DNA from: Armatimonadota bacterium
Lineage (GTDB): Bacteria > Armatimonadota > Fimbriimonadia > Fimbriimonadales > Fimbriimonadaceae
Length of the DNA: 64,000 bases
Assembly (NCBI GenBank): GCA_023392285.1
Contig: JAEVZK010000091.1
Coordinates: 5,208 to 69,207 of the forward strand
Direction of reading: 5' to 3'
The translations under genes were made by a program, and so were the position numbers. Within the stretch, counting starts at the first letter, position 1. The number at the start of each line of letters is the position of its first letter. Shown here in pieces: positions 35,632 to 44,315 of this stretch. The notes beneath the pieces were generated by a model, which was not told where the DNA came from, made no database searches, and saw only the letters and a list, made by a program, of their open reading frames with translations.

Positions 35632-38160
35632 TTGAGGACAAGTCAGAAGAGAAGTTGGTCGAACCCGACTCCCGGCACCATACTGGATGTACCGCAGGGA
35701 GAAACGGCTGAAGTTCGGTTCACATGCAATAACGACCAGCAAAAGGTGGTTCGTTTTGAGCTGGAAGCTTCCGGCCTCGGTTCTTGGGCGCAAGCTACGA
35801 CCGAGCATGCAGTGGCCCCTTTCGATACTTCTGACCTGATATTCGAAATCACCCCGAAAGCGACCGCAGACCTCGGAGACTACTCCTTTACGGTGAGACT
35901 CACCTGCGGTGGCGATCTCGTCGAGCCACTTGGCGAACGGAATTTAATCCTTAGAGTCGTGGAAGGAGCGGCACCTGAGCCAGTCACTCCCGAGCCACCT
36001 GCTCCTGTTCCGGTGAGCGAACTCGCGCCGCCAGTTGAGGCGGAGAAGCCTAAACCCAAGGAAAAGAAGGCGGCGGCTGAAAAGCCGAAAGTTGAAGAAG
36101 AAGTCGCTAAGACTCCTAGAACCACTGGCCGAAAGAAGGCTGTCCCGGAAGAGTCGTCAGCAGTGAATGGTTCCACAGCGGTTCAGCCCCCGGTTCCGAC
36201 GCCCGATCCGCAACCCGAACCGGTACCGCCGATTCCGACCCCGGAGCCAATCCCGCCTACTCCTACACCAGAGCCGCCCTCGCCTCCAATCCCGGTTGCG
36301 GAGGAGCCGACCATCGTGGAGGAGGCACCCGTCGCTCCAGAGCCCGAGGTCAAGTTTGCGCCAGAACCCGAGCCCGAGCCGGAACCCAAATTTGCTCCTG
36401 AACCCGAACCTGAACCTGAACCTGAGCCGGAACCCGAACCCGTTTACACGCAGCCGGAGCCGGAAATCGTTTACGTCGAGGAGCCAAAGCCAGAGCCTGC
36501 GCCAGATCCGGTGCCCGTCTCCAGACCAGAGCCGAAGGTGGTGAAAGTCGTCGACCTTGGTCCACAGCAGGTGGCTTCGGCTCCGACCGCGTGGGAAGAA
36601 GAGGATGAACGGGCGCACAAGCTCCAAATTGAAGCCGATGCAATCGTAGGAAATCCCAAAGAGGGAACCACCATCTACGCCCGCCCAGGCGAAAAGGTGC
36701 TTGTTCGGTTTAGCATCAAGAACGAACAAGGTGGTGTGCGCACCTACGTCATTCAGGAGGATCGAGCTCTTCCTCACGAGTGGATCGCTCTGGTCCAGGA
36801 TCAAGTGAACATCACCCCAGGGGGAACCGGCGATGTCTCGTTTATCCTAACGCCGCCGCTGTCGGCTGAACCCGCCACTTATCCGTTCAACATTTCCTAC
36901 GGCATCCTTGGCCAGCCACTGACGCCGGTTTACCTCCAGCTCTGTGTGCAAGCCGCGCCCGCGGTGAGGTTGAAGGCAAAGGCGACCACTTCGCGCGTGT
37001 TCGTTCCGTTTGCGCGCTCGCCAGAATTCGATTTCGTGGTCGAGAGCCAGGGCAACGCCGACACCGCATACCGAATCGGCGTCAAGGATCCGCTCGCAGA
37101 GAAGGACGATAAAGGACGAACGAAGGGGCCGGACGACCTCTATGAAACGCCGACTTGGCGGTACATCTTCGATCGCGAGTTGGACACGCTTTCGTCTCCC
37201 AGTGCCAACCGCGCGCCAACTCCGGAGAACCACAAGATGAAGCTTGTGCGAAAGGGTGTTTGGTGGTTTGGCTGGGTCGAGAAGCATAAGATGAACGTCT
37301 CGGCGAGGCCGGTGACGGATCAGGAGAATGGGGGCAAGGTCGACAACTCGGTTGAGATCGTTGGTCGCCGATGGCGAATTTTCCCTCTGCCGGGTTTTCT
37401 GATGATTCCGCTACTCATCATTGCCTTTATCCTGATTGGTTCGGGTGCGGATAACCTACGTGTCACCAACGGAAAGATAAGCGACGACGGCTACTATTAC
37501 GTGGTGGGCGATAAGCTCGGTGACACGAACCTGCCGGTGAAGCTCAAATGGAATGCACCGTTCTATGCGTTCTTGAAGGGCAGCAAACTGGAGGCAGGAG
37601 CGGGCGCGCCGCTCGACATGAACCGGGGTAACGCAACCGATGTCGTCGCTCTCCAGGATTACGGCCAATCGAGGAAAATAACCTACAGCGTCGGTTCTAA
37701 GTTCTCTTGGGCCAGAAAGGAAGTTAATGTTCGGTTCGTCCCGCTGAAAACGGAGGGCCAGCTAGCGATTCTCGATGGAAACGGGGTCAAACAGGTTGGC
37801 GAGGCGAGCGAAGGCAAGATTGGTGAAGATCAGGTCCCGACGCGAGACCGCGAAATTGTGATTCCGGTAAAGAAGGGAGGCACGACTCGACTGAACTTTC
37901 GCAATCTCACTGGGGTGAAGGGCATAAACGGCCAGCAAGTTGTCTTGTGGACTTTGCATGCGCCCGAAGGATTCACGATCAACGACTTCTTGTATAAGAA
38001 TGGAGACAACCAGATTGTGAACCCAGCTGCGACGGTTACGGCCAAGATTCAGCACAACGATGACGGCCAAGTACCGGAGGACGGCGCGGTGTGGGAACTC
38101 ATGAGCACGGACAGCTACTATCAGCACTTAAAGATTCGATTCAAGGTGGTGGGCAACTAA
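35632..38160 (+). CDS. 842-aa mid-chain single-pass membrane protein: two Ig-like (CARDB/NEW3-like) domains split by a Pro-rich (PE)n linker, a TM helix, and a C-terminal beta-rich region
   Basis: TTG start and no N-terminal signal peptide. [12 protein letters not shown]...[13 protein letters not shown] and [13 protein letters not shown]...ATYPFNISY look like Ig-like domains. [12 protein letters not shown] is duplicated. The TM segment [22 protein letters not shown] is encoded at ~37384-37446. Confidence 0.6.
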   Translation: MRTSQKRSWSNPTPGTILDVPQGETAEVRFTCNNDQQKVVRFELEASGLGSWAQATTEHAVAPFDTSDLIFEITPKATADLGDYSFTVRLTCGGDLVEPLGERNLILRVVEGAAPEPVTPEPPAPVPVSELAPPVEAEKPKPKEKKAAAEKPKVEEEVAKTPRTTGRKKAVPEESSAVNGSTAVQPPVPTPDPQPEPVPPIPTPEPIPPTPTPEPPSPPIPVAEEPTIVEEAPVAPEPEVKFAPEPEPEPEPKFAPEPEPEPEPEPEPEPVYTQPEPEIVYVEEPKPEPAPDPVPVSRPEPKVVKVVDLGPQQVASAPTAWEEEDERAHKLQIEADAIVGNPKEGTTIYARPGEKVLVRFSIKNEQGGVRTYVIQEDRALPHEWIALVQDQVNITPGGTGDVSFILTPPLSAEPATYPFNISYGILGQPLTPVYLQLCVQAAPAVRLKAKATTSRVFVPFARSPEFDFVVESQGNADTAYRIGVKDPLAEKDDKGRTKGPDDLYETPTWRYIFDRELDTLSSPSANRAPTPENHKMKLVRKGVWWFGWVEKHKMNVSARPVTDQENGGKVDNSVEIVGRRWRIFPLPGFLMIPLLIIAFILIGSGADNLRVTNGKISDDGYYYVVGDKLGDTNLPVKLKWNAPFYAFLKGSKLEAGAGAPLDMNRGNATDVVALQDYGQSRKITYSVGSKFSWARKEVNVRFVPLKTEGQLAILDGNGVKQVGEASEGKIGEDQVPTRDREIVIPVKKGGTTRLNFRNLTGVKGINGQQVVLWTLHAPEGFTINDFLYKNGDNQIVNPAATVTAKIQHNDDGQVPEDGAVWELMSTDSYYQHLKIRFKVVGN

Positions 38161-40418
38161 TGAAGCTGCTTCACACCGAAGTCGATGTCGTGCCGGGGCG
38201 GAAGCCGCAGAAGCAGCCTCTTCCCGAGGGTTACGTCGGCGCGGGAACGGCCGTGCTGCGCATTACCAACACAACCCACCGGCAGAACGCGTACACGATC
38301 CGCCTGCGGTGCGAGGAACCCTACTGGCAGGATGCTTGGTATCAGCTCGCCGCCTTACCGCCTTCCGGAGGCGAGGAAAATCAGCCGCCGCCTGGAAAGC
38401 CGGACCAGCTTGGACCGCGCAATCAGTCGCTGACCATCTATGTCAAAGATGGTGGGACGCGGGATATCTTCATCTCCTATTTCGTTCCGGAAAAGAGCGA
38501 GTGCCGAGCGGGTGCCTATCCGGTCAAGGTCATCGTCGAAACTCGGATTTTGAGCGACGATCCTCAGGTGGCTCGACAGGAGCGAATCACCGAATTGCCA
38601 AGCACCGTCATCGTGCGGCCTTTTTACAAGTGGCAGGTGAGCTACTCGCCGGAAGAGCGAAAAGTCGGATTTTTTAAGCGTGGAAAGGAATTTGAGGTCG
38701 TCGTCGACAACCAGGGCAATGACTGGCTCTACTGCGACTTGAAGATGCCTCGACCCCAAAACGTGTTGGTGGAGACGCCCACGGCAAGAATGGCGGTGCC
38801 TCCTCCCGAGCCGGGCGCAGATTCGGTGAGGACGGTCCCGTTCAAAGCTACCAGCCGGGTTAAGACGATTCGGGGCAACACCCAAGCGCTGCCTTTGCCC
38901 ATCACGGTGCAGCGTGTGGACGCCCCCACGGTACCCCCGCTTCCCGAAGACGCAATGCTCGGGCCATCCGGGGCAAACGTCAAAGCGGCGGTGTGTCATT
39001 CGGAGACCACCGACGTTGGAGTTTCCGATGTTCAGCCGCAGCTGATGTATCATCCGCTGATTCCGGCCACCTTTATCGGCTTTTTCCAAGCAATCGGACG
39101 GAATATCAAGGCCCTAATCATTACGGTGATCGGCTTGATCATTGCCTGGAACATGGCCGTATTCTGCTATGAGTATTTCATCCGATCCATCAGCGAATTT
39201 CACTCGATGACGACTGAGGTTCAGTTGAACAAGGTGTTCTACGTGCGTGGGCGCAACTTACAAGGCTCGAAGATTATCGTCTTCGACGAGACCGGCAAGA
39301 ACCAGATCGGTGAGCCAATCACGCCTAAGTACACAACCGAGTCGATCACGAGCGATAAGGTAGGGGTCATCTTGACCGATCCCTCGCTCGATCATAAGAA
39401 GATTCGGATCGGCGCTCAGCGCTATGGCGCTTTCACGTTCCTTCGCGCTTTCCTGCCGATCGAGAAAGACCCTTCGGTTATCCAGGTGGGCAAGGAGACC
39501 GTCACCCGAGGAACGGCAGCCGGTTCGATCAGCCCGCAAATTCCGCCTGGACAGCCGTTGACGATCGGCGGAGCCAACTTCGGCGACGAGAAGGGCAAGG
39601 TCATGCTAAACGGAAACCAGGCACCCATCCTGAGTTGGACCGACGGCAAAATCACGGTCAAAGTGCCACAGGCCCTACAAGCAAGCGGTGAGTTGATTAC
39701 GGTGCTCGTGTTCGACCCGAGCAACAATCCGATCAACGTCTCGCCGAATCAATTCCAAGTGGCGCTGCCAGTTGAATCAACGGCGGGAACGACTGGCGGC
39801 GACGTGCCACCTCCCGACACCACGGCTGGATCAACCGGTGGCGCTCCCGACACGAGCACTGGCGGAACCGGTGGCGATCCGACCTCATCGGGCTCGACGG
39901 GCGGAACATCCGGTGGTTCAACCGGAACCACAGGAGTCTCTCTTACGCCTCCCAAGGGCTATGCTTCGCTTCTTCCGGATACTCGCGCTGCTTATGTGAA
40001 TGCGGTATCTCAGGCGAGCGGACCATCGGCTGGCCAACTGGCGATCAAGGCTTATGCACTCGCGTCGGTCGGTAAGCTGGACGACGCCAAGCAGGCACTC
40101 ATCCAATCGAATCAGAAGCTTGGGGATAAGAGCCAAGGAGTCGATGTCGCGCTCTTCTATCTGGCTCAAGCGCGTGTGGTTGAAAAGCTGAACCCAGACA
40201 AGGGAGATGCGGCCTACGCCGCCGCTGATGAGAAGGCGAATGCAGCCGCGCCAGGCTTCGCGTTCAACGACATCGCGATCGCTCGCTTCAAGATCAGCCA
40301 AGGTAAGTGGGGAGAAGCGCGAGCGCTTTTGACCAACGCGTCTCAAGGCAATCTCTCAGCTGCGGAAAAGGCGACTGTAAACAAGATGATGCAGCAGGTA
40401 CAGAGCCGGTCGCAGTAG
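38160..40418 (+). CDS. 752-aa mid-chain single-pass membrane protein: N-terminal Ig-like domains, TM helix, IPT/TIG-like domain, Gly/Thr/Ser linker, TPR-like C-terminus
   Basis: ATG 38160 overlaps the upstream stop (TAATG). The ORF-track start at 38091 lies inside the upstream gene. TM IKALIITVIGLIIAWNMAVFCYEYFI is encoded at ~39103-39183. IPT-like GQPLTIGGANFGDEKGKVMLNGNQAPILSWTDGKITVKVP. Linker STGGTGGDPTSSGSTGGTSGGSTGTTG. Confidence 0.6.
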   Translation: MKLLHTEVDVVPGRKPQKQPLPEGYVGAGTAVLRITNTTHRQNAYTIRLRCEEPYWQDAWYQLAALPPSGGEENQPPPGKPDQLGPRNQSLTIYVKDGGTRDIFISYFVPEKSECRAGAYPVKVIVETRILSDDPQVARQERITELPSTVIVRPFYKWQVSYSPEERKVGFFKRGKEFEVVVDNQGNDWLYCDLKMPRPQNVLVETPTARMAVPPPEPGADSVRTVPFKATSRVKTIRGNTQALPLPITVQRVDAPTVPPLPEDAMLGPSGANVKAAVCHSETTDVGVSDVQPQLMYHPLIPATFIGFFQAIGRNIKALIITVIGLIIAWNMAVFCYEYFIRSISEFHSMTTEVQLNKVFYVRGRNLQGSKIIVFDETGKNQIGEPITPKYTTESITSDKVGVILTDPSLDHKKIRIGAQRYGAFTFLRAFLPIEKDPSVIQVGKETVTRGTAAGSISPQIPPGQPLTIGGANFGDEKGKVMLNGNQAPILSWTDGKITVKVPQALQASGELITVLVFDPSNNPINVSPNQFQVALPVESTAGTTGGDVPPPDTTAGSTGGAPDTSTGGTGGDPTSSGSTGGTSGGSTGTTGVSLTPPKGYASLLPDTRAAYVNAVSQASGPSAGQLAIKAYALASVGKLDDAKQALIQSNQKLGDKSQGVDVALFYLAQARVVEKLNPDKGDAAYAAADEKANAAAPGFAFNDIAIARFKISQGKWGEARALLTNASQGNLSAAEKATVNKMMQQVQSRSQ

Positions 40419-40455
40419 TGTAACGCCTGCAAATTGCGGGCGTCTGGAAACTAGC

Positions 40456-42192
40456 ATGAAGGGGAACATGAGCAGAGAAGTTATGTCGCATCGATTGCGA
40501 TTGTGGATGGTTGCAGCATTGCTCTCCCTGTCCCTCTCGGCTCTGGCCGACAAGGCGGTTGTAGTCGGCGTGCAAGAGTATGCGCCACTCGTTGCGGCCA
40601 GTACGCTTCGGGGGTGCTTGAATGACGCGAACGCAGTCGCAGACGTGCTGCGCAAGAACAAGTTCGACGTCATTCAGCTATCGAACGAAAAGGCAACTCG
40701 CCAGGGGATCCTCGACACCCTCGCCGGATTGATTAAAACCTCCAAGGCGAGTGAACGCTTTGTGTTTTATTTTGCGGGACATGGCCGAAGAACGCCTCAT
40801 CCTGCCCTGATGCCTCACGATGCGACCAGTGATGGGAACGACATCACCACCGACGACCTGAATGCGGTGATCTCAAAGATTCCGGCGAGGAGCCGAACGG
40901 TCATTCTGGATGCTTGTTTCTCAGGCGGAATGGCGGCGGGTGAGATGGCGAGAGGCATCAAGGACGATGGGTTGACCGCGCGTTTTTATGAAGACGCCAC
41001 GGCTCAGGCGAGAAGTCTCGATTTCGGGCCAGCGAAAGCCCCGGTCAACAACCAGGACACCAATGCGAAGCTGGAGAATGGCTCGAACATCTGTTATTAC
41101 ACGGCCTGCACGAGCAACGAACAAGCGTTGGAAGGCTCCTTCGATGGTCAGCGGCACGGCCTGTTCACCTACGCCCTGCTCAGTAATCTGAAAGATGATT
41201 CGGAGCCTTGGGGTGAAGTGCATAACGGGGTCAAGACCCAAATGCAGGGCAAGCTGGAGAATACGGGACGCCAACAAAACCCGACGATTTCCAAGAACTA
41301 CCTAAACGCCCACGCGTTGGATAATGACATCGCGAAGCCGGTAGAACCGAAGCCAACCAAGACACTCATCGACGTCTGGAATTTAGAGAATCCTGATCCG
41401 AAGAAGATCTCACTAGAGCTCTCTCCGAATTCGAATGTTTACGAAGCGGGACGCAATATTGCGATGACCGCGACGGTTGGCCAAGAGGGCTACCTCGTCA
41501 TCTTGGGTGAAGTCGATGGCCACTACTACCAGTTCTTTCCCGCTGGCAAATTCGATCCCGACGACGCTCACGTCAAGGCGGGCAAAATTCCCTGGCCATC
41601 GCCGGGAAACGTTCTGTTTTTCGACAGCTTCGGGGCCAATCAGGTGAAGGCGATCCTCTTTTCCGATACTCAGAAGGCAGCTAAGCTGCTGGATGCGATG
41701 CGAGAGATGAACGGTGCCGCCGACATCAGCAACAAGGATCTGATTCTCACCCGATCTCTCAATGAGCCGGAATTCACCTCGCGCCTCAGCGTGGCGGTTT
41801 CGGACAATCTGGTCGGCGGGAGCCGGTTTAAAGACTTAAACGGCTTGATCAAAAAGGTGGCTGCCCAAGACGCGCCGCTGACAAAGCGGATATGGGAGTT
41901 GATGGGGCGGGTTGCGACCAGTAAGCCGCATCAGGATTGGATGGCGAACACGGATTTCAATCAGGAAATCACCTTAAAGTCACGTGGAGTTTTCGTGGCG
42001 CTCCTTAACCGTGTCCTGCAATCATTCCCGCTTTACGAGGAAGATGTGTTCCAGGGGATCAAACTCGACAAGAAGACTTCCGATCTGTTAAAGAAGAATC
42101 CAAAGGGTGACGATCTGATACGCCTGAATAGGCAACTTCTCGTCGCTGCTTTTCCTGCCGAAGTAAATCCCGACGAGGCGAATTCCAAATGA
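40456..42192 (+). CDS. Secreted caspase-family (peptidase C14) protease with a DUF4384-like domain
   Basis: 578 aa. Signal peptide LWMVAALLSLSLSALA. Catalytic dyad contexts FYFAGHGRR (His codon 40780-40782) and VILDACFSGG (Cys codon 40915-40917). DUF4384-like YEAGRNIAMTATVGQEGYLVILGEVDGHYYQFFP. Confidence 0.8.
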   Translation: MKGNMSREVMSHRLRLWMVAALLSLSLSALADKAVVVGVQEYAPLVAASTLRGCLNDANAVADVLRKNKFDVIQLSNEKATRQGILDTLAGLIKTSKASERFVFYFAGHGRRTPHPALMPHDATSDGNDITTDDLNAVISKIPARSRTVILDACFSGGMAAGEMARGIKDDGLTARFYEDATAQARSLDFGPAKAPVNNQDTNAKLENGSNICYYTACTSNEQALEGSFDGQRHGLFTYALLSNLKDDSEPWGEVHNGVKTQMQGKLENTGRQQNPTISKNYLNAHALDNDIAKPVEPKPTKTLIDVWNLENPDPKKISLELSPNSNVYEAGRNIAMTATVGQEGYLVILGEVDGHYYQFFPAGKFDPDDAHVKAGKIPWPSPGNVLFFDSFGANQVKAILFSDTQKAAKLLDAMREMNGAADISNKDLILTRSLNEPEFTSRLSVAVSDNLVGGSRFKDLNGLIKKVAAQDAPLTKRIWELMGRVATSKPHQDWMANTDFNQEITLKSRGVFVALLNRVLQSFPLYEEDVFQGIKLDKKTSDLLKKNPKGDDLIRLNRQLLVAAFPAEVNPDEANSK

Positions 42193-44315
42193 AGCGCTTG
42201 TTCTCTGCCCTTCTTGTGGCGCTTTCGGCCATCGCGACGGCGCAACAGGATCTGCCGAATCTCGTCGTCGATATGAATGATCGGCCCGCCGAACTCAAGC
42301 CGGTTATGCTCGAGTTGAATGAATATCTGGTGCCGTTGCGCCCGGCCGTCGAGTTGCTGACCGGAGGCAAAGGTGCCCTCGGAATCGACGGAAAGACTTA
42401 CACCATTAGCATCGATAACAAAGTGCTCGTCCGCATCCCTCAAGAAGGTGGGGGAAAGGAAGCCCTGATTTATTCCGAAACCGATTCGAATCCAGTGAGG
42501 CGGCTCTCCATGGAAGATTTCCCGCACGAGGTGATTACCAAGGAGCGGGGTCCAACGGCGATGGTCGACCTGGATTTGCTTGCCGCCTGCTTGGGAGTCA
42601 CCGTCGACATCGATGGCAAGCGGCTTTCGCTTTACACGACGGATTACTGGTGCGGAAAAATCGGCATCAGCGCGGACAAGGTTGAAAATCGGCTGCAGAA
42701 AGGAATCGCGCTCGTACCCGACTTTGGAGTGTCGCCACCAGCGAAAACATTGCTCTTCTGGGTCAGGCCACCCGTCACGTCGTACGTTCAGGCGTTTCGG
42801 TTGAATGACAACGCGCCGGAGCCCATGCTTGGCATCAATGCGCTGGATGACGAGGTCGATATCCTGACTCCGGGGAACCGTCCGAAGATGCGCCAAGCCG
42901 ACCAGCAATCGCCGATCAGAGCGGAAACCTACAACTATGGGTCGGAAGTGGGCAAGGTGGCCACCTACGTCGCGGTGGTCCTGAAGAAGGATGTTGGAAT
43001 GGCAAGCCCGATCGAAGCGATCAATTCAGGGGCCGCAGGCGACGATTGGGCGGTGATCGGAATCCGTCAGCGCGTCGGACGGATGCCGATCCTTTTTGAA
43101 AATCGAGAAGTCTTGCCAGGGGAAGACATCGGTGCCTTTGCGACTCGAAACAAGACGACGCCCTCGGTGATTAAATCCGTGAACGGCCTGCGGACTGGTG
43201 AGAAATTACGTCCCAAATCAAAGTTGGCGGTCATTGTTGGCTTGGATGAAAACGCGATTAGGCTGATGCAAGCCGCACCGTTCAAGATCACTGGACTTTA
43301 TGAGGTTCAGCCGGGCGAAACTCTCAAGGACCTCGCTCACTCCTGGGGTGTGAGCGAAGATGAAATATTAGCAGCGAATACTACTATTCCTCCAGGAGGC
43401 GAACCTGAACCTGGCGATCTGATCAACGCGATCGCAAAGGATGCTCCCTCCAATCCAGGCAATCCCAACCCGCAGCCCGTTAACCCTTCGATCGCCAAGA
43501 ACGAATCGGTCGCCTTTATGGGCACTGCGGTTGCCACTGCGCCACTCCAGCTTCGGGAGACATCAGTAGCTGGCTCTACGGTCGTTGGCTCGGCGCCCAA
43601 GAATACATTCGTCGAGCTCGTCGGCTACATGCCGGCTCAGCAGATGTATCGAGTGCGAATCGACGGCGGAGTGATTGGTTATGTTCCTGCCAGTTCCCTG
43701 CGTGTTCGCGCTGGAAGCGGGGGCGCAACGGTCGTTGCGGCGAACATCAATCCCTCCAATAATCCGGTTGCGAACGAAGCTCTCAAGTATTTGGGAACCC
43801 CCTATGTTTGGGGAGGCAACGGCCTGACCACCGGCATCGACTGCTCGCACTTCGTCGCTCAGGTGTATACAAGGATAGGCTGGCCCGCTCCGCCCGCTCC
43901 GGTCACGACTCAGGAGACCATCGGCGACATCGTTCATTACAAGCCGGGACAAGCGCGTCGAGCGGGTCGAACGATCATCCTCCCCAATGCGGTGGTCGCA
44001 CCGCGTGCTTCACCCGACCTGAGAACCTTGCAGCCGGGCGACCGAATTATCTTTCAACGTGGCAACACGGATGCGTCAGGTACGCGCCACACGGCTATTT
44101 ATATCGGACGAGTCCCACCTGCCTGGCAGAAAAAATTCGGCGATATTCCGTGGGCATTCGTTCATGCCTCCTCATCCCGAGGCGTCACCGTCAGCAGCCT
44201 CACTCAAAAATATTATTGGAATATCTATAAATTTAGCTGCCGCAGCGCTCACCGCAAGACCGTTGCATCCACTCCTGACGAGGCCATTGCATCCGCGATG
44301 TTGGGTGGCAAATGA
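42189..44315 (+). CDS. Secreted multidomain peptidoglycan hydrolase: amine-oxidase-N-like stalk, LysM, SH3b, NlpC/P60 (C40) peptidase
   Basis: 708 aa. Signal peptide MKRLFSALLVALSAIATAQQ. LysM YEVQPGETLKDLAHSWGVSEDEILAAN. SH3b-like TFVELVGYMPAQQMYRVRIDGGVIGYVPASSL. NlpC/P60 YLGTPYVWGGNGLTTGIDCSHFVAQVY (Cys codon 43842-43844), HTAIYIG and FVHAS. The start overlaps the caspase stop (ATGA). Confidence 0.85.
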   Translation: MKRLFSALLVALSAIATAQQDLPNLVVDMNDRPAELKPVMLELNEYLVPLRPAVELLTGGKGALGIDGKTYTISIDNKVLVRIPQEGGGKEALIYSETDSNPVRRLSMEDFPHEVITKERGPTAMVDLDLLAACLGVTVDIDGKRLSLYTTDYWCGKIGISADKVENRLQKGIALVPDFGVSPPAKTLLFWVRPPVTSYVQAFRLNDNAPEPMLGINALDDEVDILTPGNRPKMRQADQQSPIRAETYNYGSEVGKVATYVAVVLKKDVGMASPIEAINSGAAGDDWAVIGIRQRVGRMPILFENREVLPGEDIGAFATRNKTTPSVIKSVNGLRTGEKLRPKSKLAVIVGLDENAIRLMQAAPFKITGLYEVQPGETLKDLAHSWGVSEDEILAANTTIPPGGEPEPGDLINAIAKDAPSNPGNPNPQPVNPSIAKNESVAFMGTAVATAPLQLRETSVAGSTVVGSAPKNTFVELVGYMPAQQMYRVRIDGGVIGYVPASSLRVRAGSGGATVVAANINPSNNPVANEALKYLGTPYVWGGNGLTTGIDCSHFVAQVYTRIGWPAPPAPVTTQETIGDIVHYKPGQARRAGRTIILPNAVVAPRASPDLRTLQPGDRIIFQRGNTDASGTRHTAIYIGRVPPAWQKKFGDIPWAFVHASSSRGVTVSSLTQKYYWNIYKFSCRSAHRKTVASTPDEAIASAMLGGK

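Noticed and set aside
36361-36441. Short tandem repeats, possibly a CRISPR or VNTR locus
   Set aside because: The tract is in frame inside a long CDS and encodes (PE)n. It has no spacer-repeat architecture.
14085-40418. Could the tail-like cluster be a prophage or an R-type tailocin?
   Set aside because: The 64-kb window has no capsid, portal, terminase, integrase, holin/endolysin cassette or phage regulators. PAAR, DUF4157 and the gene order fit eCIS-type loci better. A tailocin-like role cannot be fully excluded from sequence alone.
14085-40418. Could it be a type VI secretion system?
   Set aside because: The sheath is a single large protein, not TssB/TssC. No TssJ/L/M, TssA, TssE-F-G-K set or ClpV is present. 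The tube proteins are gp19-like rather than Hcp-like.
42033-42908. 291-aa minus-strand ORF. The antisense ORFs 44456..45232, 48243..49148, 53970..54779, 55274..56008 and 32460..33209 are similar cases.
   Set aside because: All lie antisense within motif-supported CDSs and have shadow-ORF composition.
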